Made by a program: the position numbers and the translations under genes
Part shown: one piece after another, positions 1-10,501 of the stretch
How the letters are laid out: every line of letters starts with the position of its first letter
Position numbering within the stretch: the first letter of the stretch is position 1
Notes under the pieces: generated by a model
What the model was told of the DNA's origin: nothing
Database searches by the model: none
Seen by the model: the letters and a program-made list of their open reading frames with translations, nothing else
Origin: Minutocellus sp. GHC0000111
Taxonomy: Eukaryota
DNA length: 64,000 nucleotides
NCBI GenBank assembly: GCA_977018835.1
Contig: OZ361258.1
Location: 868,001 to 932,000, forward strand
Reading direction: 5' to 3'

Positions 1-396
1 GACGCTGAATGGAATGGAGTCGCAAAGATCAATTTTCGATACAGAAATTATGCTGTAGTTGACCGTCGATTTAGGTACATTCAATATTCCGACGGTTCAG
101 AAGAACTTTACGACCACGATGCTGATCCGCACGAATTTACAAATCTTCCAAATGTTTCAGAATATGCCGAGACCAAGAAACGACTTTCATTGCACCTTCC
201 AAAGGTAGACATGAAACGCTGGCACAACGGAAAGCTAGCCAAAAAGGTGGATATTTCATGCAACAAATATGATCTCACAATCATGAGGTGTCCAGACGGA
301 GAGACCTTCGTCGGACGCAACCCCACCAAAAAGTGCAAATTCAGTCCATATGCCCTGCTGCTGCTGCAACAGCCAATGGCACTAATTCTACGTTGA
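1..396 (+). CDS. 3' end of a sulfatase (iduronate-2-sulfatase/choline-sulfatase-like C-terminus) followed by a short Cys module; 5' part lies outside the window
   Basis: Frame 1 is open from base 1: ...RFRYIQYSDGSEELYDHDADPHEFTNL..EYAETKKRLSLHLP, the typical sulfatase C-terminal 'ELYD...DP.E..NL' motif. It is followed by CPDGETFVGRNPTKKCKF. Confidence 0.7.
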   Translation, partial: DAEWNGVAKINFRYRNYAVVDRRFRYIQYSDGSEELYDHDADPHEFTNLPNVSEYAETKKRLSLHLPKVDMKRWHNGKLAKKVDISCNKYDLTIMRCPDGETFVGRNPTKKCKFSPYALLLLQQPMALILR

Positions 397-611
397 ATTG
401 AGTGAATTACGAATTGGAATGACTTGAGCTGTATGTTCAACCGGTAACTAATGTAAAAATAAGTCTTTGTAGATCTAATTGGGAGCATCTGGTTGCTGGG
501 CATACGGCCGAGGCTCGTACCATGGTAGAGGAGGCAAAATCGCTGTCGCGTTCTGTGAAAACATCGAAGTGACGACATCTCGAAACCTCTTATGAACGAG
601 GCGCATGCGCA

Positions 612-1980
612 ATGGCTCTCATTTTTGCTGCAATGGCAGCGGCCGCAGACGCTGGCGTTGGCTTGGGCATCGGCCTCCTCCTCCTCAGCCTCGTCTGCCT
701 GGGAACATGGCCAGCAGTCTTGCGCCTTTGCACCTATGCTCCTGGTGTCCGAGTCGGGGTTGAGGGAGACAATGGATGCTTCCGGCGCCTTCGACGGGTG
801 GCCGGCCGATATGCTCAGAGTCGTCACCCCTGCCACGCGTACTTGGACTATGCCATCGCATACGTTGCCTTCTCTTCGACGGTTCCTATCATTTTGTCGC
901 ATTTGATACCGAATGAAGAGGAATCAGAAGATGTCGCAGATATTAGCGGTGTACAGCAAGTGCCCCTAGTCCTCTCTGCCATCGTTGGCGGTTCTCTCCT
1001 TTCGCTTGGCAACATGTCGACTCAGTGGGCGACGACAGTGTATGCATCTCCACTAACGACCGTATTGGCACTGCAAGCATCTCTTACTGTCGTGTTGGGA
1101 ACCTCCATAAATTACAAATTGGAGCCATCCAAGACCGCTCGGCCCAATTTGTTGGCCTGGGGTGTCGTTTTGTTTCTTGTGGCCATTGGCTTGTCAGTGA
1201 TGGCCCACCAACTCTATTCCAACGATGAGGAGCATCGGAAGAGAGATGTGGTTCAAAGTGATGAGGATGAAGCAAACGTTGAAATAAGTATGAGAAATTT
1301 TACATCTTCGTTCGTTGTCACAAGGCCAAGGTGCTTCTGACAGGACAAAGGGGCCGGTTCGACACGATGATTATCGTGCCTGCAGGAGCGATGTTGATGC
1401 GGATAGTTTCACTACCGATGTTACCAATCAATCTCATGCACCATTGCGCTCAGTTTCTACAGCGGGTCTTGTCATCACCTTCGGTGGCGGTCTATGTTTC
1501 GGCTTCTTCTCGCCGGCCTTCAATATTGCGGTCAACAATCCGTTCGGATGGGGCACGAATGGTGAAATGACAGCCTCTGGCGGCCTTTCGGTTGCTTCGG
1601 CAAATCTTTGGTTTAGCCTGGCGTTTACATTGACATCAATTTTGTGGAATGTCTGTCTCATGAGGAATCCTCCTCGTGATGTTGACCCATCGACCTTCCA
1701 ACGATATCTTTCGGAAAGACTTATGCAGGATCGTGCTGTCGCCATATTGGCTGGACTGATATGCGCCGGAGGCAACGTCTTGCAATTCCAAGGAGGTCAT
1801 CTGGCAGGCTTTGCCACATCCGATCTTGTGCAGGCCTTTCCATTGGTTGGAACGTTTTGGGATGTCGTCATTTTTCGAGAATTTTCTGGGGCACATCGAA
1901 CCATTGTGGTCTGTCTGTGGTGTATGTATGTCGTCTACGTGAGCGGAATAATCCTTCTTGCATCAAGCGTTATGGAATAA
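612..1980 (+). CDS. Ureide permease (UPS) family transporter, split by a frameshift near 1310-1320
   Basis: Motifs LGTWPA, HAYLDY, GLCFGFFSPAFN and GNVLQFQGGHLAGFATSDLVQAFPLVGTFW match plant UPS proteins. ORFs 612-1340 and 1315-1980 encode the N- and C-terminal TM bundles in different frames. Confidence 0.8.
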
Positions 1981-2035
1981 TTTTTGTGACAAGGAGAAGA
2001 TGCACTGTAGTATGTGTTACTATAGAGAAAATTAT

Positions 2036-2060
2036 CTAGCTAGCTAGCTAGCTAGCTAGT
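2036..2060. repeat. (TAGC)n microsatellite between convergent genes
   Basis: tctagctagctagctagctagctag, read directly from the sequence. Confidence 0.8.
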
Positions 2061-2838
2061 AATGCCAACCCTCCTGGGGAATATCAAGAACCAATACAAG
2101 TCGAACCACGCTGCTTCCTTCGGAGACACGAGGAGATCGGTGGACGATACCAGGTTGATTCAAGTGATCATCGCCCTCGGCAGTTTCTCCACGACCTTTA
2201 AAGATGGCAACATCCCGATGCGAAAGCGATCGGGCATGCTTGGAATTATATTTGTACCGACGAAGCGTTGCCTCGGAGTGCTCAGGAGGGACCCATTCGG
2301 TGCATGGTCCTCGAAACGTCTTGACCAAGCGATAGTCGACGCAATCCTGATGCCAGTACGCGCATCCATTGTCATCTACAAGGTGGAGTTTCACATACAC
2401 AGCGTCGGATTGAGATATCTGCCCAAAGATCTGGACAAGATTGGTAATCTCATCGATGAAATCTTTGGCTTCATCATCAGTGAGGGCTCGACGGGACTTG
2501 GAGCGGAGCTTCCAACGAGGGCAGAAACGCGCCGTCAGCTTTTGCCTGACGTTGTCACAGGTTACAGTGCTCTCGAAAGTAGGCAGACTTGACGGAACGA
2601 TCGAAGGATCTTGGAGTTTGGTCGTAAACTGTGGCATCGTGGCGGCTCGCCATACGGCAAGTTGGACCGCGTCTTCTTGGATTACGTCCAACTCGGATAT
2701 TTCATCAACAAAGACAATCTCCTCGGATTCGTCATTTGCTGTCTCGGTACGTGTTTCTGAAGATGGTGTGCTTGCGCTATCCGTATCAAAATCTTCCCGA
2801 TCACAAGAGCTATCGTCACATTGGCAACCTTTCCCCAT
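2056..2838 (-). CDS. DUF1826 family protein (putative metal-binding, 2OG-Fe-like HxD...H)
   Basis: LAVWR, CAYWHQDCVDYRLVKTFRGPCTEW, AIFKG, IVHRSP and RLVLVLD match the DUF1826 consensus. Confidence 0.8.
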   Translation of the reverse strand: MGKGCQCDDSSCDREDFDTDSASTPSSETRTETANDESEEIVFVDEISELDVIQEDAVQLAVWRAATMPQFTTKLQDPSIVPSSLPTFESTVTCDNVRQKLTARFCPRWKLRSKSRRALTDDEAKDFIDEITNLVQIFGQISQSDAVYVKLHLVDDNGCAYWHQDCVDYRLVKTFRGPCTEWVPPEHSEATLRRYKYNSKHARSLSHRDVAIFKGRGETAEGDDHLNQPGIVHRSPRVSEGSSVVRLVLVLDIPQEGWHY

Positions 2839-2962
2839 GCTTGCGATTTATTGATTACTATTCAGTGGACATATTGCCGGCCGAGCGAGCATGCGAGCGA
2901 GGGCCGACCGAGTGGCGGGGGGAGAAACAGCCAGATACAGGAGGGTAGGCCTAAAAAAAGAG

Positions 2963-3042
2963 CCTTGCCCTGGCCCTTTCGGCCCTTTTCAGGGCAAGGT
3001 GCTGTCGACCAACCATATCCATGCATGCCAAGACTTGCCCAG
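2963..3042. promoter_or_regulatory. Candidate cis element in the DUF1826/COG0523 bidirectional promoter
   Basis: Perfect 10-bp inverted repeat CCTTGCCCTG (2963-2972) / CAGGGCAAGG (2990-2999), with a third related copy CTTGCCCAG at 3034-3042. Confidence 0.35.
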
Positions 3043-3141
3043 ACCTTCAAGTGAAGATGCTACTACCGGAACATACTAGTATAGCACCCCAGTCAGTTCG
3101 CCTACCGCCAAGAAGGCCTTGAAGAGATTGATCCAGTGAAA

Positions 3142-4686
3142 ATGAAAGTCACCCTCATCTCCGGTTTCTTGGGCGCTGGAAAGACAACCCTTCTCCGTCG
3201 CATCTTGCGCCTCAACAACAATTTAGATGAGGCCAAGCGACTTCGAATGGCAGTGATTGTGAATGATATGGGCGAGATCAATCTGGATGCCGCAGAATTA
3301 CGCAATGCAAAGGTTGTGCAGGAGGATGCCGAAATGGTGGAGATGCACAATGGCTGTATTTGTTGCACGTTGCGCGGTGATCTTCTCAAGACAGTCAAGA
3401 GTCTAAGCCAGGAGGGCAAATTCGATTACCTCGTTATCGAAAGCACAGGAATTGGTGAGCCACTTCCAGTTGCACAGACATTCACCATGGACGTTGATCA
3501 GCTCGACGGCGACGACGAGGATGATGGCGAATCTAGTACCAAGAAGCGCAAACTAGAGGTGGCCACAGAAGAAAAGGCGTCTCTTTCCCACTACGCGACA
3601 TTGGACACGCTCGTCACCGTAGTCGACGGTCTTAATTTATACGACGTGCTCGGGTCTATCGAAACGCTTGCCGATGAAAACAATATCTCAGGAATGCTGG
3701 GTAATACCGGAGCATCAGCTGCAAACACTGGCGATATCGAATTGGAGACCGGTGATCAAAATGTCGTTTGCACATTGGATGGTGAAGAGAGCGAAGCAAC
3801 TGAAATCGATGACCGTCCAGTATCCCAGCTTTGGTTGGATCAGATCGAGTTTGCCAATGTAATTGTTGTCAGTAAGGCATCGCTCCTTCTAAAGAAGGAG
3901 GGCACGGAAAGTGGCGAGAAGAAGCTCAAAGAGATCGAGGCACTTCTCAAGAAGCTCAACCCTAAAGCTCAAATCCTGGTCCCCCGAGAGAACAAGTACG
4001 GCGATTTGGACGTCTCGAAATCCCTCATCGACACTGGTCTATTTGATATGGAGGAGGCCTCTACATCAGCTGGTTGGCAGGAAGAATTGGAGAAAGAGGA
4101 CCACAATCCCGAGACAGAAGAGTACTCCATTTCGAGCACTGTCTTCAGAGCAAGTGATCGTCCCTTTCATCCAGATCGACTCAGCTCAATTTTGAGTGGC
4201 TTTGGGGACTACACTTCGACTCTCAATGCCAATCGTGATAGCTCAGACAACAATGAGGAGGTTTTCCGCGGTGTCGTTCGATCCAAAGGACAGCTTTGGC
4301 TTGCAAATACAAATGCATATCCCATCGATTTTCACTCGGCAGGTGCTCACATTGATATCAGTATGTACGAGGAGGAGATGCCATTTCTCTCTTCAATCAA
4401 GAGAAGTGAGTGGGAAAAGGAAGAAGAAGAGATATACAAATCTCTAGTAGCAGAAGGGAAGTGGTCCAAGAAGTATGGAGATCGACGCAGTGAGCTTGTA
4501 TTCATCGGAGTTCGACTCAACAAGAAAATGATACATGAGATGCTCACGTCGGCGCTCTTGACCGACGAAGAATCTGCAAATCTTGGCGGCATGAAGGGCT
4601 GGAAAGAGCTAAATGATCCCTTCTTTGGTGGAACCGCACAAGATCATTTCGAATTACCTCCTCCTTATGGCTGTAGAGCGGAATGA
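3142..4686 (+). CDS. COG0523/CobW-family (ZNG1/ZCRP-A-like) G3E GTPase metallochaperone
   Basis: GFLGAGKTT Walker A, VIVNDMGE, GCICC metal motif, ESTG Walker B, DQIEFANV, and CobW_C motifs (RPFHPDR, RSKG.LW, LVFIG). First in-frame ATG is at 3142. Confidence 0.92.
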   Translation: MKVTLISGFLGAGKTTLLRRILRLNNNLDEAKRLRMAVIVNDMGEINLDAAELRNAKVVQEDAEMVEMHNGCICCTLRGDLLKTVKSLSQEGKFDYLVIESTGIGEPLPVAQTFTMDVDQLDGDDEDDGESSTKKRKLEVATEEKASLSHYATLDTLVTVVDGLNLYDVLGSIETLADENNISGMLGNTGASAANTGDIELETGDQNVVCTLDGEESEATEIDDRPVSQLWLDQIEFANVIVVSKASLLLKKEGTESGEKKLKEIEALLKKLNPKAQILVPRENKYGDLDVSKSLIDTGLFDMEEASTSAGWQEELEKEDHNPETEEYSISSTVFRASDRPFHPDRLSSILSGFGDYTSTLNANRDSSDNNEEVFRGVVRSKGQLWLANTNAYPIDFHSAGAHIDISMYEEEMPFLSSIKRSEWEKEEEEIYKSLVAEGKWSKKYGDRRSELVFIGVRLNKKMIHEMLTSALLTDEESANLGGMKGWKELNDPFFGGTAQDHFELPPPYGCRAE

Positions 4687-4893
4687 TACCAGTACGCATT
4701 GGAACTATGAATAGAAAGGAATCATTTAAAAGTATTACGATCGTAATACACCGTACTTATTTTGCTTGCGATCGTACCTAGGTACTCATGTGACAATAGG
4801 CCATCATGGCAATATATCCAAATACCGAAGAATCTTTTGGGAGTCAAACAATTGATACCATTCTCTTCAATGCAGCCGCACAAACAAATTTCT

Positions 4894-6114
4894 TTAAATG
4901 GCCTTCAAAATCGGATGAACCATGGTATATTCCTTTCCAGTGTACACTTCTTCAGGTGTCGCCTTCTTGAGCTGCTCCAATCGCCCTTCAATGTCCAGAC
5001 CAAGTGGATCAGCTGCTGCCGCTTCGTCGAGCATATCGGATATACTTTCAAGCTTGGAATAGAGTTTGGCCTGATCGCTTGAGTAGTTGAGGTCAAAGTG
5101 AACAGAGTTCACAATCAGCGGGAACAAGTCGCGCCACCCTCTTGCGGTGACCTCATCAATAAGTAGGGATAGGCTCTGACCATATTTGTGGTGGGCCTCT
5201 CGGGCACCATTCAGCTTGAGCTCATTCCTTTCAAGCTTCTGTGACTTTTTGGGAGACAGCTTCTTGTTGTGCGATTCAAACTTTTTTGCTTCCGCACGTA
5301 ACTCGGCGACCTTTGCAACGTAGTGGTTCAGCGACTCACGGAGTTTATCGAACTCAATAAGCCCCGATTTGATCCTCAACGTGACAGTCTGCAGCCACTC
5401 CTCAGCGTATTGAATAATCGAGGCCTCGTACTGATCTGCATATGTGTGGCTCAGTTTATAAGATGCCTGTGCAATTGAAAGATTGGAGATATCGACTTCA
5501 GCATAGTGGCTGCCTTTTGTGACTTGTTTCTCAAATGGAATCGTCGCAGGAGCATCTTCCTCGAAGTTTTTATTTGATGTGCTGGTAGTAACAAGGGGAT
5601 CTTCCTCATTTGCTGAAAAACTGGCCTTGACATCTTCGGCCGCATCAAACGACTCATCTTCATGCGTCTCTCTTACGAAATCAGTATCGAGAGTAATCTC
5701 CTCGTCCTCGGCGGGCAACATGTCGGACTTGCTATTTGACATGCTCGAATCTTCTGCAACAGAAGGAGAACCATGCATCTGGGATTTATTGACAGAGACT
5801 CCCATCTTTTGGGCAGCTTCCTTCTTCTTGAAGACGGCTGCCTTGTCCTTTTCGACATCTTTCTCTCCCATCGCCTTCGTGAGCGGCGTATTTGCTACAA
5901 GCGTTTCGAAGAGCTTGGCTGTCTCAAGCCGAGCATCACTGAAGGCAATCATTGTATCGTGTTGCTTTTTGAGAATTGAGATCAGCTGTTCCACCGCCTT
6001 CTCAAAAGCCTCTAGCTTCTCAGCACCCTTCTCGACTGACGTATTGATCTGATTCGCAAGTCCAGGCTCCTCGCTCTCGTCGAATGTTTGGCCAATTGCT
6101 TTTCTGGGAGACAT
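4894..6114 (-). CDS. Coiled-coil, BAR-domain-like protein with an acidic insertion
   Basis: Long ORF with amphipathic helices FDKLRESLNHYVAKV...KLERNELKL. Probable ATG at 6114 (MSPRK). Confidence 0.55.
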   Translation of the reverse strand: MSPRKAIGQTFDESEEPGLANQINTSVEKGAEKLEAFEKAVEQLISILKKQHDTMIAFSDARLETAKLFETLVANTPLTKAMGEKDVEKDKAAVFKKKEAAQKMGVSVNKSQMHGSPSVAEDSSMSNSKSDMLPAEDEEITLDTDFVRETHEDESFDAAEDVKASFSANEEDPLVTTSTSNKNFEEDAPATIPFEKQVTKGSHYAEVDISNLSIAQASYKLSHTYADQYEASIIQYAEEWLQTVTLRIKSGLIEFDKLRESLNHYVAKVAELRAEAKKFESHNKKLSPKKSQKLERNELKLNGAREAHHKYGQSLSLLIDEVTARGWRDLFPLIVNSVHFDLNYSSDQAKLYSKLESISDMLDEAAAADPLGLDIEGRLEQLKKATPEEVYTGKEYTMVHPILKAI

Positions 6115-6760
6115 GACTGGTCTTTCTCTAGGAATCCCTATTCTCTGAATGGATGTGTTTTCCCTGCCTGATTTTCTGACGATATCGTTGGGAATGTGAA
6201 ATGAATACTCGTTTGATGAAGAAAAGTATGCGGGCTTCGTTGATGGCCGCGCTGCTTCCACGGCACGATCGAAGGATGATGACTGCTGCTGCGTCTGGAG
6301 TTGCGTCCTTTCGGTTCGCTTGCCTGGAGGGTTCGCTCATTCATCAGCAATCAACCTTGCCGAAAGTACGTAATTACAATTACGTACGCACGAACCCGGA
6401 AGCTGGCGTTGAACCAACAAAGGACTAACGGGGCCCGGTGCCTAGGTGCCTAGGTGCGCCACGAAGGACTGGCTTGTGGGGCAACGATACAGGTCCACTG
6501 CTACAATTCTGAGCGACTCTACAAGATTCAATAGTACAAATAAGTAATAGGCAACTCCTTTCGGACTATTAAATTAGACTGATGCAACATGCATTGTGTC
6601 AGTCTAGCTAGTCTAATTCCCCCACCTCTCTCTTTTCAAGAAAACGGGAGGGAGCATGAAAACATATAATTCTAGACGCTCAGGTCTCCCCGGCTAGTGT
6701 GTGCTCGGCTGCAATGCTTGTTGTAGAAAGCATGCGCCGTAACGCAACGCACCGAACGGC

Positions 6761-7440
6761 TCATGCCTGGGCGGCATCTCCCTGGACCTGGGAGGAGAGG
6801 TCGACCTTGCGGTCCTTGTTCTTGTGGAGGTAGAACACGTGTATCCACCGAGGCCGACGGTGGTGAGGGCGAAGATCCAGGCGAAGGCCTTGGCGGCGGA
6901 TCCGGATCCGGCGCCGAAGGTGGCGGCGTCCATGGCGGGGAGGGTCTTCTCGATGTAGGAGCAGGCCTCGTTGTCGGGGCTCCAGCAGTAGTTGGACTCC
7001 TTGTTGAGGCCCTTCTCGCACTTGGCGGAGAGCTGGTGGTAGATCTCCTCGCAGAACTGGTTGATCTCAATGTCCTGGTTGTAGTTGTAGTTGTAGTTGT
7101 TGTTATTGTTGTTGTTGTTCTGGTTGTTGTTGTTGGCATCCTGGTCGACCTGCTTGCACGAGATGGTCTTGGAGCGGCTGACGATGATGGACTCGTCGGA
7201 GAAGGGGAGGGAGCGGCCGTAGGAGTACTTGGAGAAGGCCTCGAGGCCGTTGGAGGCGGGGACGGCGCAGCCACCGTCCTGGAACATGCCGAGGCGGACC
7301 TCCTTTCCGTTGGAGGCGCAGTAGGGGCCGATGACGTACTCGCCGTTGCCCTCGAACTCGGCGCACTCGAGGTAGCGCTGGACCTCGAACTCCTCCTGGC
7401 CCTCGCACTCCATGCAGTAGTTCTTGCCCATGAGCTTCAT
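6761..7440 (-). pseudogene. Silicanin-1 (Sin1)-like gene, N-terminally deleted and frameshifted near 6838
   Basis: YLEC, YVIGPYCA..G..V.LGMF.D..C, LPF, N/Q-rich tract, FCEEIY..SAKCE, ACSYI, TM helix (AFAWIFALTTVGLGGY), and a short basic tail VFYLHKNKDRKVDLS in another frame. There is no signal peptide or RXL motif. Confidence 0.7.
7075..7135 (-). repeat. AAC/AACTAC tract encoding the poly-Asn/NY region of the silicanin-like protein
   Basis: Runs of gtt and gtagtt on the + strand. Confidence 0.8.
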
Positions 7441-8289
7441 CTTGGATGGGGTAGGGGTATTGGGGTGGATTGACTTCGTAAAGGTCGAGTTGAACGAATT
7501 GTGATGGGTGCAATGAGGCGATGGAGGGAGACTGATGAGCGAGGAGCAGTCGCACAGCCCCATCTCGTCTTGTTTCGCCGGTCGGATGAAGCGTTTTTCG
7601 GCAGAAGACGAACACGTCACGAAGAAACCCACCAAAACCCAATCTCGTTCGTCACCCATTCTTTTACCGTCCAACACCATGGTGGTCCGTCGGCGTTGCG
7701 CCGGCGTATAACTATATTTTCGTACCAAATACGCATTCATTATCATGTTTGGATATAGTTGAAGCTTACTGTGTGTCCTCAGATTGGCCTCCGCTGCGCA
7801 TCAACTTCACGAACCATCGGCCTGCTTTTCCTCCATCTGTCGGCCGTTCGTTTCTCTGGGGTGGCACCATTGCTCCGTCTTTGTGCTCGTCGTGCTCCCG
7901 TTGTGATGCCCCAGACCCTCTGGTACTTTCCCACGTTGTTGTTGATGATGTAAACTGCCGGGATTGCGCCGCACCCCCCGCATGACCGACTCTCGCTGAT
8001 CCCGACCGATCGCATCCCCACTCGACCTCCCGGAACTCCGACAATGGTTTTGCGCCCGAGGAGAGACAGACAGCATTGGGATAAGTTTATGCAACAATCA
8101 ACCCGACAAAGGGACTTTTTGGTCTGGGAGATAAATGGGTGAGTGAAGAAGGACGTGATGTGTTTGTTTGGGTGTGCTGTTTACTTTTTTGCTCAATCGC
8201 GATGCTGTTTGTAAAAGTTGGATTGTTGTGCAATTCATTTGTCATTGTGCAGCAGCAGTGTAATTTCATTTTCTAATTTTATACATGCC

Positions 8290-10290
8290 CTGCTCCCATC
8301 TCTACATCCTCATCTCCATCGGTGGCCATCATGATCATTTGTTGGCGCTTGTCATCAGTTTCTGCTTTAACAGCTTCGGTCCTTGTCCTTTTCCTTGTTC
8401 TTGCCACACCCGAGAGTTTCGCTCCCGCCTCTCCTCGACCTTTGGATTGGATGCCCTCTCCTCAGCCTTGAACTGCGCCGTCTGTTGGGCCTCACATCCC
8501 TTGACGCCCTGAGTCCGACGATCTTCCTTAACGCCCTCTTGGTGGGCTCGCTCTACAAACGATTCGTCGAGCCAACAGATGCCGCCCCATCCACTCTTCA
8601 CTAGCCAAATGTGTTGGTCCAAGATGTGATCTTCGAGTAAGTGCCACTTGGGCGTTGTGCTAATGCCGATTGCCCGTGCTTGCTTGAGGGCACTTGCAAT
8701 CAATGCTTCAAGCTCTCTCACAGCCTTCTTTGCCTCATCATCCCATTTCATGCACCATTTCAAAAAACCTGGAACATGTTGCGTCAAGAGTGTGGAGCAA
8801 ATTAGAGCAAGCTTTGCAGAGCTCTTTGATGTCGTCATCCGTCATGCCATCTTCCTCGCGATTGTGCTCTAGGAGAGTTCCTTTGGTGGAGGTGTCATGG
8901 TGGATGAACTCTGTTGTCCTTGGTTTCTTCTTGTTGTTGCCACAAGAAATGTTAACAGACAAAGCTCTCCAGCATTCTGCCATCACTGCCCTTGTTTTAC
9001 CTGAGTCGGCCGCCTCAATGCCGGCCTTTTTCAGGAAATGGAAGTGAGGGGCATCGTCATCCTCGGCATCATCGACAGCTCCCATCTCTGGCTCGCCATC
9101 ACCGTGCTTCTGACGATTGCTCTTCTCAAAGTGCTGCTGCATGTGTGCTTCATGTGTGGCGTCCTCTCTTGCAATGTCAGCTTCGTCCTCATAACAGGGC
9201 ACACAGTCCTCGTCTTCGTCGTCATCGTCCTCACTGATCTCGCCGGCCTCCGTCGTGGTCAGGGTGCTCACACCGTCCCAACATCGTCGTCATTGTCCCA
9301 CCCATCGCCCTGGCCATCATTGCACCCACCAGGGAACTTCTGGGCCTCGAGCAACATCTGCCTGTTGATTTCGCAGTCCATCGCCGCACATCCCACCGAC
9401 ACATGTGGTGCGACCGACTTGAGGAATGCATCACATGCCTTCGTCAAATTGAGCCGCGGCGGCGGCATTTCGAGGCGAAGTTGTTGCTCGACCGTGACCA
9501 TGTCGAAAGCCATCCATCCATCATCATGGAGAGCGTCGGCTGCACGAGGATTGACAGAGCCGAGGCGAACAAATGTGCTCTTTTTGCATGGGGTTCGCTG
9601 AACGTCGTCGGCAAGGCAGTGTCTTGATGCCATTTCATCCCATCCATTCTGGTTGTCTGTCCTCACAAAAAACACATCGCAGTCTTCGTGTTTCTTCTTC
9701 TTCAAACCCAAGATGCCCGCAGTGTGCATGACGGCGCCGCACATGATGGGACTGCATCCCAACACATCATTCATCAAGGAGTCGTTGTTGTTGCCGATGA
9801 AATTGTAGCAATGAAGTTCCTTTCTGCGAAGACAGACGAGCAGTTCAGCCAGGGCGTCCTGCACCGCAACTCTGTCTCTGCGCGGCGTTGACCGCGGGAT
9901 TGCGGGCCGTTGTTTTTTTTGCTCATGGAGAGTCATGGACATCGAGACCAACGGGAATATCACCAGGATGTCGGGAGCACCTGGTTGGTCTCGTGCCGTA
10001 ATTCTCCCACACCAGCGCGAGACATCGCCTTCGTTCTGCACGTAGCGGCGGCAATTTGAATTTTTGCCGCCATTGTGGCTCGCGTTGGGCGCGCCGGTCG
10101 GTTGCTTCGCGCGCCGGCCGGCCACCGAAAGTGCGACCAAAAGTATGCGAGCCGGAAATTTTCGGCCAGCTTTTGGCGAAGCGATCCCGCCCAGCCGCAT
10201 GTCGAGATGTTTACGCTGGAAAAAAATGCCGCCAATGCCAACTCCAAAATCGCCGATTTGATCAATGAACATCCAATAAATATTTAGCAC
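8290..10290 (-). mobile_element. Decayed Transib/Chapaev/RAG1-like DNA transposon relic; boundaries approximate
   Basis: Three overlapping broken ORFs. The last has TPKWHLLEDH...GGICWLDESFVERAHQ (two Zn-ligand His plus the catalytic Glu region typical of this transposase group). No TIRs identified. Confidence 0.55.
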
Positions 10291-10501
10291 TTGGTAAAGC
10301 CGGCCATAGCAAATTTGACAGGCAGGCTTGCTTTCCCAGCTCCCAAGCATTCGCACCTGCCATTTGGATCCCGACGTCAGCATTTCCTGCTGACGTTTCC
10401 CGAGACATTTCGGACGCAGACGCCTTCTTCGCCCTCTCGCCTCATTTTTGAGTTGTTGGCACTTCACACCGTTCTACTTTTCTTCTTTGCTACTCAACGC
10501 C

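Noticed and set aside
6763..7473. 236-aa Gly/Val-rich + strand ORF and 200-aa Thr/Pro-rich - strand ORF
   Set aside because: These are shadow frames of the GC3-rich silicanin-like gene.
7766..10290. Search for Transib-type CAC-starting TIRs around the relic
   Set aside because: Only partial words were found (tactgtg at about 7768, ccattgtg at about 10070), with no matching pair.
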